Of a stretch of DNA of 64,000 nt, positions 12,601 through 27,629 are shown piece after piece; the stretch's first letter is position 1, and each line of letters starts with the position of its first letter. Origin of the DNA: Eledone cirrhosa (lineage: Eukaryota); the NCBI GenBank assembly GCA_964016885.1, contig OZ024740.1, forward strand, positions 135,532,001-135,596,000. Reading direction: 5' to 3'. A program made the translations under genes and the position numbers. The notes under the pieces were generated by a model. The model was not told the DNA's origin, made no database searches, and was given only the letters and a program-made list of their open reading frames with translations.

Positions 12601-13821
12601 TATTCATAATGTATTTATACTCTCAGCTGCCTGAAATGGTATCTATGGAATATTGTTAATCAATTTTTTAGTAATCGACTGATATCAAAATCGGTAGTAT
12701 ATTGAAAAATGGAAAAATAGAGTAGGGGGGTGTTTCATGATTTCGAGGGACAAAAGTTTGGCCTAAATGGGTTGAGAACCTGTGATCTACAGTATACAAT
12801 GCATTTCAATCTTTAAAGTCAATCAGAAATTTCATTGCTTCAGTACAAATTGAAAAGTTTATCAAAACTTTCACAGAAATCTAAAAGAAAAAAAAAAAAA
12901 GATAGAAGATAATTTTGAATTCCTGTCTCACTCTTTTTACACATTCTCAATGAATCCAATAAATATTTACTCTTTGTTGCTTTAACGCAAAGCTAAAATC
13001 ATTCCCTACATTTACCTGCCCCCTTATATTCAAAAGAACCAGTTCATTACTTTTTATATCTCCCATAACAAACAACTGTATCTTTCTTTATTTTCTCGGC
13101 CTGCCTCCTTTCACCTTAGTTGTAACTGTGTTTGGAATTTTCTTTAACCTCTAATGTGTAAGGTGTGTGTGTATGTAGTGTATGAATGTGTCTATATACA
13201 TCAACTAGGCTTTTACCACAAATGAATATTTGTGAATGAGAAAAATCTGAACACAAATACTTTCCAGCATGGAAAACTTTTTAAAATTATAATTATTATT
13301 TGAAACTGAGGAAAAGTGGGAGAGAGCACTTGCCCTAGGAGTCAGGGTGACCATGGCTTTTGTGGGCTTTCTCCACGAATAACCCTGGGTCATTTTACTT
13401 TGTTTTGATTTTTTTACATCCTTTATTTTTGCTTTATGTTTTGTTTATACACAGAAACATCCATTTGTACTGCCCTATGCTGTCTTTAATGTTATGCTTT
13501 GTGTAAACTCTTGTGGTTAATAAAGAAAGCATTGGCCTTATGCCAAAAGTATAAACAATTATTATTATTACTATTGACTACTGGGGTAGAAGCCACACTT
13601 CACATTAAGCTTGTTTTATTTCTGTTTATTTTGTTCAAGTTTTAGACCCGAGTTTCAAGCAACTGACCTGCCTCCCACAGATGGGTGAGTCATGTTGATG
13701 TGACATTCCCTACGGAGGTCAACTTTGTTAGTTTTGTTAACTTTGAAAAAAATAATATTTTTCACACAAATTTATATACACGGATTCTGATACTGAATAT
13801 AAAGACCACAGCCAAAGATCT

Positions 13822-13852
<31 letters not shown>

Positions 13853-14009
13853 TCATTATCACCAGCTGAAACAACAAGTGAAGAAGACAGCATCTCTGTA
13901 ATGGAGACGGACTCAGAAAGAAAATTAAAAAAAATATATCAGACCATAATGTATTGTATTATTAAATTAAAAACTACAAAGGTGGAAAGAGCAACAGAGG
14001 ATCCTGAAA

Positions 14010-15200
14010 GGACTGTCGTGCCTTGTCCTAAGCCCTATCTGATTGCACTGGAGCATCTGCTCTTTTGCTTCTTGTGGAAGGGATGCATTCCGATGGTCCA
14101 TCTGCTGTCAACACCCACTGCACGGAGGACTGGGAATGTTGTGGCTGATGATGTGCAAACATGCGCTGAGGCTATGACATGTCCATCTTTTCCTTAATGA
14201 TGAACAGGTGTGGTCGCCATTCTCTAAACAGATTTCCCCAGCTATTCTCCTTAATGGAGTTCCAATCCTGGGTAATGTGAAGACTGTGAGGGAGTGTTTG
14301 GAAACTAGAATGTCTTCAAATGCTCACAGCCCTCTAACAATCGGGCAGTACAGTAGGGGGTTCTGTAGAGAGTTAGCGGTAGAAAAAAGTGACCACATTG
14401 TTGGGCATCGACGAAAATCATCTAGTCACTCTTTTCAGGAGGACTTCCGGTCCTGATCCCATATATAATTTCCAGAAATACCGGGACTGGCAGTGCTACC
14501 AGGGAGATTTTCCAGTTAGGGATAAATTCTACAGGCATGGAAGTGCTGTCAGCCAGGCCTATCCAAGATGCGAGCAGGGCGATGAAACCATCCTGCATGC
14601 ACTCATTCAGTGTCCAAGCATTGCTGACTTATGGGTTTATCTGAAACACCTGCTGTCCATGTAGGACGAATCTGGCTATCAGCTGAATCCATTGTGAAGA
14701 TTTCCTTGTTGCCTTTCCTTTTGTCAGAAAGGGCAGGTTGTATTTATTTGTCTGGTGGCCATAGCAAAAGAGGTTGTATGGTGACCACATTTGAAAAGGT
14801 TGAAGACCAACACTTTCCTCTTTGGCGAAGCCCTGATTAGCTTTTTCAGGTTTCACTTGATGAGAAAAATCAGGGTAAAGAAGGAAATGCTGCCTTCCAA
14901 GCAATTTGTTGTAAGGTGGGTGAATGAGGCAAGCATGGCCTGAGAGAATGGGCCTGCTCTGTATGTGTGCCTGTAGATTGGAGGAGGACAACTGAGACGG
15001 TACTTGCCCTAGAGATCAGTGAATATCTTCTCCTTATTGAGGAATTCCCTTTGTTTAATTTTTATTGTTACCTTTCTTTTTCACTATTGTTAAATCTGTT
15101 TACATGCAAAACCCTCACACACTGTTTTCATCTTGTGCTGTCCTCATGTTTTTCTTGATATTACTCCTTGTGGTGAATAAAAAAAATCATCATTATTATT
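14010..15200 (+). mobile_element. Degraded 3' part of a Tx1/L1-clade LINE
   Basis: VVPCPKPYLIALEHLLFCFLWKG and NFQKYRDWQCYQGDFPVRDK...RCEQGDETILHALIQC; homologous to the element at 59365-63790; AATAAA and an (ATT)n-like tail. Confidence 0.85.
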
Positions 15201-15214
15201 GTTGTTATTATCAT

Positions 15215-15500
15215 AGTTCTCAGGCAATTACATTGGAGTTTAAAATTAGTTGTCTGTGGGAACTACTTTATGCTGACGACCTAATTCTTATAGTTGAATC
15301 TGTGAAAGATCTAGTGAAGAAATTTCCAGATGTGGTAGCAAAATCTAGAAACAAAACTTCACAGGGACTAAAGTTTTAATTAGTAGGAAATAAGACCTTG
15401 TTTCTATGAAGAAAATGGCCATGCTTGACATGCAGAAAAGGAGTAGCTGGGCATTGCATACAGTGTACTCAATATAAACTATGGGTACACATGAGGGCTC
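15215..15500 (+). mobile_element. Old RTE RT fragment
   Basis: QAITLEFKISCLWELLYADDLILIVES, homologous to the 5.5 kb copy. Confidence 0.75.
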
Positions 15501-15766
15501 ATAGCATATAAGTTGTCTGCAGTCAGGAAAAAAGTAAAATATAATCTTTCCATTATTATTATTTATATGCTTTAAAGAGGTCGGCATTAGGAAGGGCATC
15601 CAGCTGTAGAAATCAAGCCAAAAATAAAGTGTACTAGCAAGACAGGTTCACCTGGCCTGTTTAGCACAGTACATGACAATCTGTCTCTTAGATGTTAAAT
15701 GTTGATGATGTTGATAATGATATATATGAGGTATTTATATATCTTTAATTTCATTTTTTTTTTCAG

Positions 15767-15862
15767 TCATTTGAATTACACTGGATAGATTACATATCTT
15801 CTTTGAATGACCATGTCCAAGAACCAATTATAACACATTTGAATAAATTTCCGGAGTTACGG
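15767..15862 (+). CDS. AMPH: Amphiphysin/BIN1-like exon (96 nt, phase 0-0)
   Basis: tttcag acceptor, gtaagt donor; SFELHWIDYISSLNDHVQEPIITHLNKFPELR, resembling BIN1 [32 protein letters not shown]. Confidence 0.92.
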
Positions 15863-16775
15863 GTAAGTTGATTTTCCAAATTTATGTTTAAATATGTCTT
15901 TCAAATATTAATAGTAGTAGTTTATTAATTTCCATGTAAGTACTGAATAAAACTAAAGCCCTGCTTTGAATGGTGATAAATGTTATTAAAATTAATGGCA
16001 TTTTGTTCCTGCTATAACTCATAATGGAAGACTGTTTTACATTAGCATTCCTCCATGGGAATTCTTTAACTGGGGACTCATACTGTTGATGTCTTTTAGC
16101 CGAAGTAATTAATTCTATGGTGCAAGAAAAAAAATATTTCATTGTTTTAAAAAAGAAATTATTGCTGTTTTGTTCTAATTAGTGTTTGAATTGGCTAACG
16201 AAAATAATAGTTCAGTTGCACTTTAGATATCTCATTTTGTTTATGAAATATATTATATACAATGTATAATACATATACTTATTTATTTAGTTTTTTAAAA
16301 GATATATTGTATTTGTGATTAATAGTGTTGTTGGGTATAGGTTTCCAATTGACCAATCACTAGTTTACACTGCATTTATGATGGTGAAAGTGACAAGGGA
16401 TGGTCTGTGCAATTTGGGAAGACTGGGACTTTAATTTGAAAGAACTAACTTATTGATTTTCTTGTCAATGTTTACATATTTTGCCAATATAGATCACCAA
16501 AAGATATGCACATGCATACATACATACAGACAAACAAAAAAACAGACAGACAGGTAGACAGACATACATACATGCATACACACATGGCAGGTTTCTATAG
16601 TTTCTGTTTATCAAAGCATTGGTTAACTTGAAACATTTGGTAGAGAATCTTTTGCTCAAAGTACTGCAGAGTAGAATTGAATGCAGAACAACATGGTAGT
16701 CAAATGATCATCATGATCATAGTTGGGTCTATGGCCCCTTACTGAAATATGTTTCTCTAGATATTTTCCCTTTAA

Positions 16776-16993
16776 CCCTTTCTTTACCATATTTCTAATA
16801 AAAAAAACACTGCTTGTGATTTCCAAATAATTTTGAAAATAATCAAGAAGTTGATGTTTAGCATATAACTTAACAAAAGTTCTTACATTAAATTATGATG
16901 GAAGGTTTTTTTAGATAAATATAAACACTTTAATACAAACAGTTGTGTATTGCAGAACGAGGGTAAATTTTTAGTGATTTGGTATTCAAAGGG
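16776..16993. mobile_element. TTAA-flanked piggyBac-like MITE (second family; related copy about 8611-8870)
   Basis: TTAA|CCCTTT ... AAAGGG|TTTA ends; interior shared with 8611-8870. Confidence 0.6.
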
Positions 16994-17085
16994 TTTAGCT
17001 GAATGTTTGTTTAATCCCCATTACTATAACCACCATGTTCATTGTTATGTCTATCATCATCATCTACATTTTACTCTATTTGTAG

Positions 17086-17193
17086 ATGAAAATCAACAAA
17101 AGAGGTAGAAAACTTGTTGATTTGGATAACACGAGGCATACATTGGAAAACCTAATTGGTCAAAAGAAAAGAGATGAAGCAAAAATTGCGAAA
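17086..17193 (+). CDS. AMPH: Amphiphysin/BIN1-like exon (108 nt, phase 0-0), BAR tip loop
   Basis: ttgtag acceptor, gtaagt donor; [36 protein letters not shown] matches the [10 protein letters not shown]...KKKDEAKIAK signature. Confidence 0.97.
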
Positions 17194-17586
17194 GTAAGTT
17201 TGATATATTTTTTTCTTTATTATTATATTTTTCTATTGTATATTTTTCATATGCTAAAAAAATAGCAAATATTATTTCACATCATCATGTTGGTTGCGTC
17301 AAATATTTGTGTGTGTGTGTGTGTGTGTGTGCGTGTGTGCATGCTCTTTTTGGCACAGTTTCTATGACTGGATACCCATCTTAATGCCAACCAATCTAGA
17401 AAGTGTAGTTGGTGTATTTTATTATGGCACCAACATTCGAGATATTGTGTTTGTAACATGACTGAACAGTTCTCTCAACTAGCTAAACTTGTATCATAAT
17501 GTGGACGACCCATTTAACCCATGCAAGTATGGAAAAACAAATTTTAAACGATGATGATGATATATATAAAAACAAACACACACACG

Positions 17587-17636
<50 letters not shown>

Positions 17637-19099
17637 ATATATATTTAAAGTTTCAAATACCTATAAGATTGGACTTATTACATATTGTAAATTTATGTAC
17701 TAAATATAGTTTGTGTGAGGTATTTAATTCATGTTATATAAAACTGAAAATATCAATAATAGGTTTGGGTGTATTAATATTTCTATTATTTGAAATGTAT
17801 ACCATAAGTGAAAGCAGGCCTGTGTTGCTCTCAAAATATATAAACATTATTGGATACTACTTTCTATCATTCATATATTTCAGTATATTACTATATTGCT
17901 ATTATTGTTTGAAATTGACAGTGGATTGGCAGTATCGGTAAAGTGTCAGACACCATGCTTTGCAGCATAGAGTTATGAGTTGTGAGTTCAAATCCTGCTG
18001 AGGTTAACTTTGCCTTTCATCCTTACAGGGTCGATAAAATAAATCACCAGTAATGTACTAGGATAATTGCTGGCCTTGTGCCAAATGTAGAAACAATTAT
18101 TGTTTGCAATGGATATCCATTTGAACAACGAAAGAGCCTTCCGATGAACTTCATGTGCAAGTAGTTGTGCATTCTACAAACATGTGCACCCTTCATGTAC
18201 TTCTCTTGGGGATTCAGCATGACACAATGTATTACTAGGCTGACCCTTGGAATTACAGATACAACTCATTTTTGCCAGTTGAGTGGACTGGAGCAACATG
18301 AAATAAATTTTCTTGCTCAAGGACACAATGCACCATCGGGAATCGAGCTCATGACCATACAATTCTGAGGCAAACATGTGCTAAACCATGTGCCTTCACT
18401 ACTATTATTACATTGCCTTTAGACCTTTGCTCCTAATATTTGAGGGTGGATCTCTTTTGAGATCAACTTGAAGCAGTTGTTTCTTCCTTTTTCATTCTTC
18501 TCAACTTTATTGCCAGTCCATGATCATCAACATATAAACATGCAACCTGATTATAAGGTCGTGAGTTTGATTTCTGGATCTTGAGCAACATGCTATATTT
18601 CATGTTACTTTTCAAGAAAGGACCAGGGCATCTGTCACTAAAATATCTGAAAAATTTCTTATGAGATACAACCTTGTAGGAAACCAGCTAAACAGGCATA
18701 GGTATGAGCTGTAAATTCCATTTCATTTCCATTTCCTTAAAGACGGATGCCATCCACTTAGAAACTGTTCACTTTTAGGCTACCAATAATAAATATCTAT
18801 GAGTCACTGTACAGTGCTTAAACTCATTGACACTGATGAGGAAGTTTCTAAGTGGTTGTTTGACTTGCTAAAAATCATAGCAGTCTAATTACACTAAAAG
18901 GCAGTATGGTTACAGCTGGAATGTGTTTGATTATAGGTTTGTTCAATTAGGGCTGGATCTAAACAACACCAGCAACAATAACCAGTAATCACTTGCACAT
19001 CAAACTAAATCAATGTAGCCATTGTTATCCTGCATTCTCTCAGGACATGGAAACTTGTTGGGGCAGAATATGAATATCACTCACAGTAGAATGTCTAAT

Positions 19100-22000
19100 A
19101 TCCCCACTTCTGCCTGATATCTCACCTTCCACCTGATATCTCATCTTTCACCTGATGTCTCACCTTCCACCTGATGTCTCACCTTCCACCTGATATCTCA
19201 TCTTTCACCTGATGTCTCACCTTCCACCTGATGTCTCACCTTCCACCTGATATCCCACCTTCCACCTGATGTCTCACCTTCCACCTGATATCCCACCTTC
19301 CACCTGATATCCCACCTTCCACATGATGTCTCATCTTCCACCTGATGTCTTACCATCCACCTGATGTGTCACCTTCCACCTGATGTCTTACCTTCCACCT
19401 GATGTCTCACCTTCCACCTGATATCCCACCTTCCACCTGATGTCTCACCTTCCACCTGATATCCCACCTTCCACCTGATATCCCACCTTCCACATGATGT
19501 CTCATCTTCCACCTGATGTCTTACCATCCACCTGATGTGTCACCTTCCACCTGATGTCTTACCTTCCACCTGATGTCTCACCTTCCACCTGATATCCCAC
19601 CTTCCACCTGATGTCTCACCTTCCACCTGATGTCTCACCTTCCACCTGATGTCTCATCTTCCACCTGATGCCTCACCTTCCACCTGATGTCTCGCCTTCC
19701 ACCTGATATCTCACCTTCCACCTGATGTCCCACCTTCCACCTGATATCCCACCTTCCACCTGATATCCCACCTTCCACCTGATGTCTCACCTTCCACCTG
19801 ATGTCCCACCTTCCACCTGTCTCACCTTCCACCTGATATCCCGCCTTCCACCTGATGTCTCACCTTCCACCTGATATCCCACCTTCCACCTGATATCCCA
19901 CCTTCCACCTGATGTCCCACCTTCCACCTGTCTCACCTTCCACCTGATGTCCCACCTTCCACCTGATGTCTCACCTTCCACCTGATATCCCACCTTCCAC
20001 CTGATGTCCCACCTTCCACCTGTCTCACCTTCCACCTGATGTCTCACCTTCCACCTGGTGTCTCACCTTCCACCTGATGTCTCACCTTCCACCTGATGTC
20101 TTACCTTCCACCTGATGTCTTACCTTCCACCTGATGTCTCACCTTCCACCTGATGTCTTACCTTCCACCTGTGTCTCACCTTCCACCTGATGTCTCACGT
20201 TCCACCTGATATCCCACCTTCCACCTGATGTCTCACCTTCCACCTGATGTCTTACCTTCCACCTGATGTCTCACCTTCCACCTGATGTCTTACCTTCCAC
20301 CTGATGTCTCACCTTCCACCTGATGTCTCACCTTCCTCCTGATGTCTCACCTTCCACCTGATATCCCACCTTCCACCTGATGTCTCACCTTCCACCTGAT
20401 GTATCACCTTCCACCTGATGTCTCACCTTCCACCTGATATCTCACCTACCACCTGATGTCTCACCTTCCACCTGATGTCTCACCTTCCACCTGATATCCC
20501 ACCTTCCACCTGATGTCTCACCTTCCTCCTGATGTCTCACCTTCCACCTGATATCCCACCTTCCACCTGATGTCTTACCTTCCACCTGATGTCTTACCTT
20601 CCACCTGATATCCCACCTTCCACCTGATGTCTCACCTTCCACCTGATGTCTCACCTTCCACCTGATGTCTCACCTTCCTCCTGATGTCTCACCTTCCACC
20701 TGATATCCCACCTTCCACCTGATGTCTCACCTTCCACCTGATGTCTCACCTTCCACCTGATGTCTCACCTTCCACCTGATGTCTCACCTTCCACCTGATG
20801 TCTCACCTACCACCTGATGTCTCACCTTCCACCTGATATCTCACCTTCCACCTTATATCCCACCTTCCACCTGATGTCTCACCTTCCTCCTGATGTCTCA
20901 CCTTCCACCTGATATCCCACCTTCCACCTGATGTCTCACCTTCCACCTGATGTCTCACCTTCCACCTGATATCCCACCTTCCACCTGATGTCTCACCTTC
21001 CACCTGATGTCTCATGTTCCACCTGATATCCCACCTTCCACCTGATGTCTCACCTTCCACCTGATGTCTTACCTTCCACCTGATGTCTCACCTTCCACCT
21101 GATGTCTCACCTTCCACCTGATGTCTCACCTTCCACCTGATGTCTCACCTTCCACCTGATGTCCCACCTTCCACCTGATGTCTCACCTTCCACCTGATGT
21201 CTTACCTTCCACCTGATGTCTCACCTTCCACCTGATGTCTTACCTTCCACATGATGTCTCACCTTCCACCTGATGTCTCACCTTCCACCTGATGTCTCAC
21301 CTTCCACCTGATGTCTTACCTTCCACCTGATGTCTCACCTTCCACCTGTCGTCTCACCTTCCGCCTGATATCCCACCTTCCGCCTGATATCCCACCTTCC
21401 ACCTGATGTCTCACCTTCCACCTGATGTCTCACCTTCCACCTGATATCCCACCTTCCACCTGATGTCTCACCTTCCACCTGATATCCCACCTTCCACCTG
21501 ATATCCCACCTTCCACCTGATATCCCACCTTCCACCTGATGTCTCACTTTCCACCTGATGTCTCACCTTCCACCTTATATCCCACCTTCCACCTGATGTC
21601 TCACCTTCCACCTGATATCCCACCTTCCACCTGATGTCTCACCTTCCACCTGATCTCCCACCTTCCACCTGATGTCTCACCTTCCACCTGATATCCCACC
21701 TTCCACCTCATGTCTCACCTTCCACCTGATGTCTCACCTTCCACCTGATGTCTCACCTTCCTCCTGATATCTCATCTTCCACCTGATGTCTCACCTTCCA
21801 CCTGATATCCCACCTTCCACCTGATTCTCACCTTTCACCTGATGTCTCACCTTCCACCTGATATCCCACCTTCCACCTGATGTCTCACCTTCCACCTGAT
21901 GTCCCACCTTCCACCTGATGTCTTACCTTCCACCTGATGTCTCACCTTCCACCTGATGTCTCACCTTCCACTTGATATCCCACCTTTCACCTGATATCTC

Positions 22001-24810
22001 ACCTTCCACCTGATGTCTCACCTTCCACCTGATGTCTCACCTTCCACCTGATGTCTCACCTTCCACCTGATGTCTCACCTTCCACCTGATGTCTCACCTT
22101 CCACCTGATATCCCACCTTCCACCTGATGTCCCACATTCCACCTGATGTCTCACCTTCCACCTGATATCCCACCTTCCACCTGATATCCCACCTTCCATC
22201 TGATGGCCCACCTTCCACCTGATGTCTCACCTTCCACCTGATGTCTCACCTTCCACCTGATGTCTCACCTTCCACCTGATGTCTCACCTTCCACCTGATG
22301 TCTCACCTTCCACCTGATGTCTCACCTTCCACCTGATGTCTCACCTTCCACCTGATATCCCACCTTCCATCTGATGGCCCACCTTCCACCTGATGTCTCA
22401 CCTTCCACCTGATGTCTCACCTTCCACCTGATGTCTCACCTTCCACCTGATGTCTCACCTTCCACCTGATGTCTCACCTTCCACCTGATGTCTCACCTTC
22501 CACCTGATGTCTCACCTTCCACCTGATATCCCACCTTCCACCTGATGTCTCACCTTCCACCTGATGTCTCACCTTCCACCTGATGTCTCACCTTCCACCT
22601 GATATCCCACCTTCCACCTGATGTCTCACCTTCCACCTGATGTCTCACCTTCCACCTGATGTCTCACCTTCCACCCGATATCCCACCTTCCACCTGATGT
22701 CTCACCTTCCACCTGATATCCCACCTTCCACCTGATGTCTCACCTTCCACCTGATGTCTCACCTTCCACCTGATATCCCACCTTCCACCTGATGTCTCAC
22801 CTTCCACCTGATATCCCACCTTCCACCTGATGTCTCACCTTCCACCTGATGTCTCACCTTCCACCTGATGTCTCACCTTCCACCTGATATCTCACCTTCC
22901 ACCTGATATCCCACCTTCCACCTGATGTCTCACCTTCCACCTGATGTCTCACCTTCCACCTGATGTCTCACCTTCCACCTGATGTCTCACCTTCCACCTG
23001 ATGTCTCACCTTCCACCTGATGTCTCACCTTCCACCTGATGTCTCACCTTCCACTTGATATCCCACCTTTCACCTGATATCTCACCTTCCACCTGATATC
23101 CACCTTCCACCTGATGTTTCACCTTCCACCTGATGTTTCACCTTCCACCTGATGTCTCACCTTCCACCTGATGTCTCACCTTCCACTTGATATCCCACCT
23201 TTCACCTGATATCTCACCTTCCACCTGATATCCACCTTCCACCTGATGTCTCACCTTCCACCTGATGTCTCACTTTCCACCTGATGTCTCACTTTCCACC
23301 TGATATCTCACCTTCCACCTGATGTCTCACCTTCCACCTGATATCTCACCTTCCACCTGATGTCTTACCTTCCACCTGATGTCTTACCTTCCACCTGATG
23401 TCTCACCTTCCACCTGATATCCCACCTTCCACCTGATGTCTCACCTTCCACCTGATGTCTCACCTTCCACCTGATGTCTTACCTTCCACCTGATGTCTTA
23501 CCTTCCACCTGATGTCTCACCTTCCACCTGATATCCCACCTTCCACCTGATATCTCACCTTCCACCTGATGTCTCACCTTCCACCTGATATCTCACCTTC
23601 CACCTGATGTCTCACCTTCCACCTGATATCTCACCTTCCACCTGATATCTCACCTTCCACCTGATGTCTTACCTTCCACCTGATGTCTTACCTTCCACCT
23701 GATGTCTCACCTTCCACCTGATATCTCACCTTCCACCTGATGTCTCACCTTCCACCTGATATCCCACCTTCCACCTGATGTCTTACCTTCCACCTGATGT
23801 CTCACCTTCCACCTGATGTCTTACCTTCCACCTGATGTCTCACCTTCCACCTGATGTCTCACCTTCCACCTGATATCCCACCTTCCACCTGATGTCTCAC
23901 CTTCCACCTGATGTCTCACCTTCCACCTGATGTCTTACCTTCCACCTGATGTGTCACCTTCCACCTGATATCCCACCTTCCACCTGATGTCTTACCTTCC
24001 ACCTGATGTCTCACCTTCCACCTGATGTGTCACCTTCCACCTGATGTCTCACCTTCCACCTGATGTCTTACCTTCCACCTGATGTCTTACCTTCCACCTG
24101 ATATCCCACCTTCCACCTGATGTCTTACCTTCCACCTGATGTCTGATGTGTCACCTTCCACCTGATATCCCACCTTCCACCTGATGTCTTACCTTCCACC
24201 TGATGTCTCACCTTCCACCTGATGTGTCACCTTCCACCTGATATCCCACCTTCCACCTGATGTCTTACCTTCCACCTGATGTCTCACCTTCCACCTGATA
24301 TCTCACCTTCCACCTGATATCCCACCTTCCACCTGATGTCTCACCTTCCACCTGATGTATCACCTTCCACCTGATATCCCACCTTCCACCTGATATCTCA
24401 CCTTCCACCTGATGTCTCACCTTCTACCTGATGTCTCACCTTCCACCTGATGTCTCACCTTCCACCTGATGTCTCACCTTCCCCCTGATGTCCCACCTTC
24501 CACCTGATGTCTCACTTTCCACCTGATGTCCCACTTTCCACCTGATGTCCCACCTTCCTCCTGATGTCTCATCTTTCACCTGATGTCTCACCTTCCACTT
24601 GATATCCCACCTTTCACCTGATATCCCACCTTTCACCTGATATCTCATCTTACACCTTGTATCTTATTTTCTACCTGATAGCTTGTTTACCACATAATAT
24701 CCCTATTCCTGATACCCAATATACTGGCTGATATCCTGCCTTCCATCTGATATTTTATCTTCTAATTGATATCCTATCTTCCACCTGATATCCAGTTTTC
24801 CACTGGATAG
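19100..24810. repeat. 19-bp minisatellite, about 300 units, consensus CACCTTCCACCTGATGTCT
   Basis: Directly visible; variants GATATCC, GATGTCC, GTCTTA and 16-bp deletion units; degenerate edges. Confidence 0.99.
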
Positions 24811-26641
24811 AATGCTAATTTATCGCTTTGAAGTAGTTTTCTGATAGCCATATCCTTTGGCTAGATGAACATATGCAAGTTCACTGAATTTAAACTAGAA
24901 TCCCAATATTGTATCTCATTGGACAGTTCACTTCCACGCCTGATAAAATAAGGGTTTCACTAGAAATGATATCTGATATTTTTCTTTATATTGATCACTA
25001 GCTATAGGTACAGGCATGGCTGTATGGTTACAAAGTATACTTCACAAACATGCCACATGGTTTCAGGTCTGATGCCACTGTGTGACAACTTGAAAAAGTG
25101 TTTTCTTATATGGCCTCAAGCTGACCAATGCCTTGTGAATGAAATTGGTAGATCAAAACTGTGTAGAAGCACATCATATAAATGTGTGTGTGTGTTCATA
25201 TAAATGTGTGTATGTGTTTATATAAATGTGCATGTGTGTGCATATTTGTCTTTGCCTTGACTCTGCTTGGATAACTAATGGTGTTTATCATCAGCATCAT
25301 TTAACATCCATTAAATGACAATGATAGGTGATGATATATCACATGTTTATATGACAGGCTTTCGCACAGTCTCACATAAATCGTATCTCCTGCAGCTCTA
25401 CCTTATCTTAAAAAAATGTAAGGATTGGCAGCAGGAAGAGCAACCTCACATAGAAAATTGCCTTCAAAAGTTTCATTCAACTCATACCAGCTTGGAAAAG
25501 CCAACATAAAAACGATGAATGTATGTTCATTCTTGTCTTGCATGTGTATAATCTATGTTAAGATAGAAAACATTTCATGGGTTTTAACTTCAAATCTGTC
25601 TTTTGATAACCACTAAATATATACACAGTGAATTGGCAGAATTATTAGCACGTCAGATGTAATGTCTCAGTATTTGTTTTGAGTTCAAATCTTGCTGAAG
25701 TCAACTTTACCTTTTATCCTTTTGAGGTAAATAAATAAAGTACCAGTCCAAGAGCAGTGGATTGGTAGAATTGTTAAAGTGTCAGATGGGATGCTTTATG
25801 GTATCAATTCTGACTCTGAATGTTCTAAGTATAAATCTTGTGACCAGAAAAACAGTGACGCTTCTGCCAGGAATTGCAACCTGCAGATACTGTCAGTAAT
25901 GGAAAGACCAATGGAAACATAGTTTCCTTGGTCTAATCTGACAATCTGCTTTTTTTCTTTTCTTTTTCAAATGTAAGGTGACATACTCAGGCTGGTTTAT
26001 CTCCTCTTAGTCATAATTATATTGCCAGCTTGCTGCTTTTCATTTATGTATATTTATGTCTGTCTGAATTCATCTAGTTGAAAATATCTTTGACTTTTAT
26101 GTCATGAATGTACAATGAGCTATAGTTGTAAAATATTTGTAAAGCAAATATTTGCTTTACAAACTCATGCAAATATATCTACCAAGCTATGCAATTTATG
26201 ATATGAAAAACAAATGTTAAATTAACATTAACTAACAAGCCAAAAAAAAATCTCTTACTTTATAAAAATGAATGATGCTCAACAGAGCATTCAACTGTAA
26301 AAGAATATTCAATGTAAGAAATATTTACTTATCCATCCATATATTAATATGATAAAATGCATAGGAAAAGAATGCAATGTAGATCTTTTCTTTCCACCTT
26401 GACCTCTTTATTATGAGACTGCTATTTATTATTATTATTTTTCAGTAGTTTTATTATTATTACTTGTTTTCACACACAACTGAGTACACCTTTTGCTTGA
26501 TCATTTTCATGTCAAAATATATTTTCTGTGGATGATTATAAATCATTTGAAAGTTCTGTTGGCGTTTAGCTAAAATCTCCAATATATTATATAGCTTTAA
26601 ATTTTTGTAGTGTATTCTGATTTATTATTTATATTAATATA

Positions 26642-26870
26642 AGGGCGGTGGATTGGCAGTATCGGTAGAACGTCGGACACCATGCTTTGCAGCATAGTTA
26701 TGGGACTTTATGGTCTGAGTTCAAATCTCGTTGAGGTTAGCTTAACCTTTCATCTTTACGGGGTCGATAAAATAGTACCAGTAATGCACTGGGGTCAATT
26801 TAGTCGACTTTCCCTTCTCCCTAAATTGCAGGCCTTGTGCCTATAGTAGAAATGATTATTATTATTATTG
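26642..26870 (+). mobile_element. Full-length SINE with GAGTTCAAATC B box and CTTTCATCCTT-GGGGTCGATAAAAT central domain
   Basis: (ATT)n tail; related copies near 7735-7950, 17920-18100, 25630-25830, 26880-27020, 30215-30435 (minus) and 43901-44012. Confidence 0.85.
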
Positions 26871-27445
26871 ATAGTTGAAATCTCACCAAGATAAAGTGTT
26901 TTCATCCTTCTGGTGTTCATAAAATAGTGTACTAGTCAACTACTGGGTTCAATATAATCCACTTTTCCCCCTTTCCAAATTGCTGGCCTTGTTATTATCA
27001 TTGTTATTATTATTATTGTCATTATTAATGTGCTCTAAGATAATGAAATGTGTTTCAGCTAATTTTTCAATATTGTGAACTTCTACCAGGTGAAAATATG
27101 TACAAACACATTTTTTTTATATTGAAATTCTACACAGAGATAGGAATTTAATTACTTGCATGAGATTTTTCATTTTAGGGGTAAAAATAAAACTTTAATT
27201 ACAAGGATTTTTTTCTACCACATGTAAACAACATCCCCCCACACACACTCACCACAACTACCACCACAACCACCAAGTAAACATTCAAACAAAAACAAGC
27301 ATATTTTCCATGAGAGTAAATAGGATAAAATAAAGAATAGAATTTCTGTTCCTCAGCAGAATACATTTATTCCACAAGAAAAATATGAATTTCTGACAGA
27401 AAATGACACGAATAATACATCCCGTATAACACACACACACCCCGT

Positions 27446-27629
<184 letters not shown>

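Noticed and set aside
18830-18860. CTGATGAG hammerhead-like start
   Set aside because: No correctly placed GAAA core or stem I.
19635-24648. Minus-strand ORFs with EGETSGGRWDIRWKVRHQV repeats
   Set aside because: They are translations of the 19-bp unit cycling through frames, with frequent stops and no gene structure.
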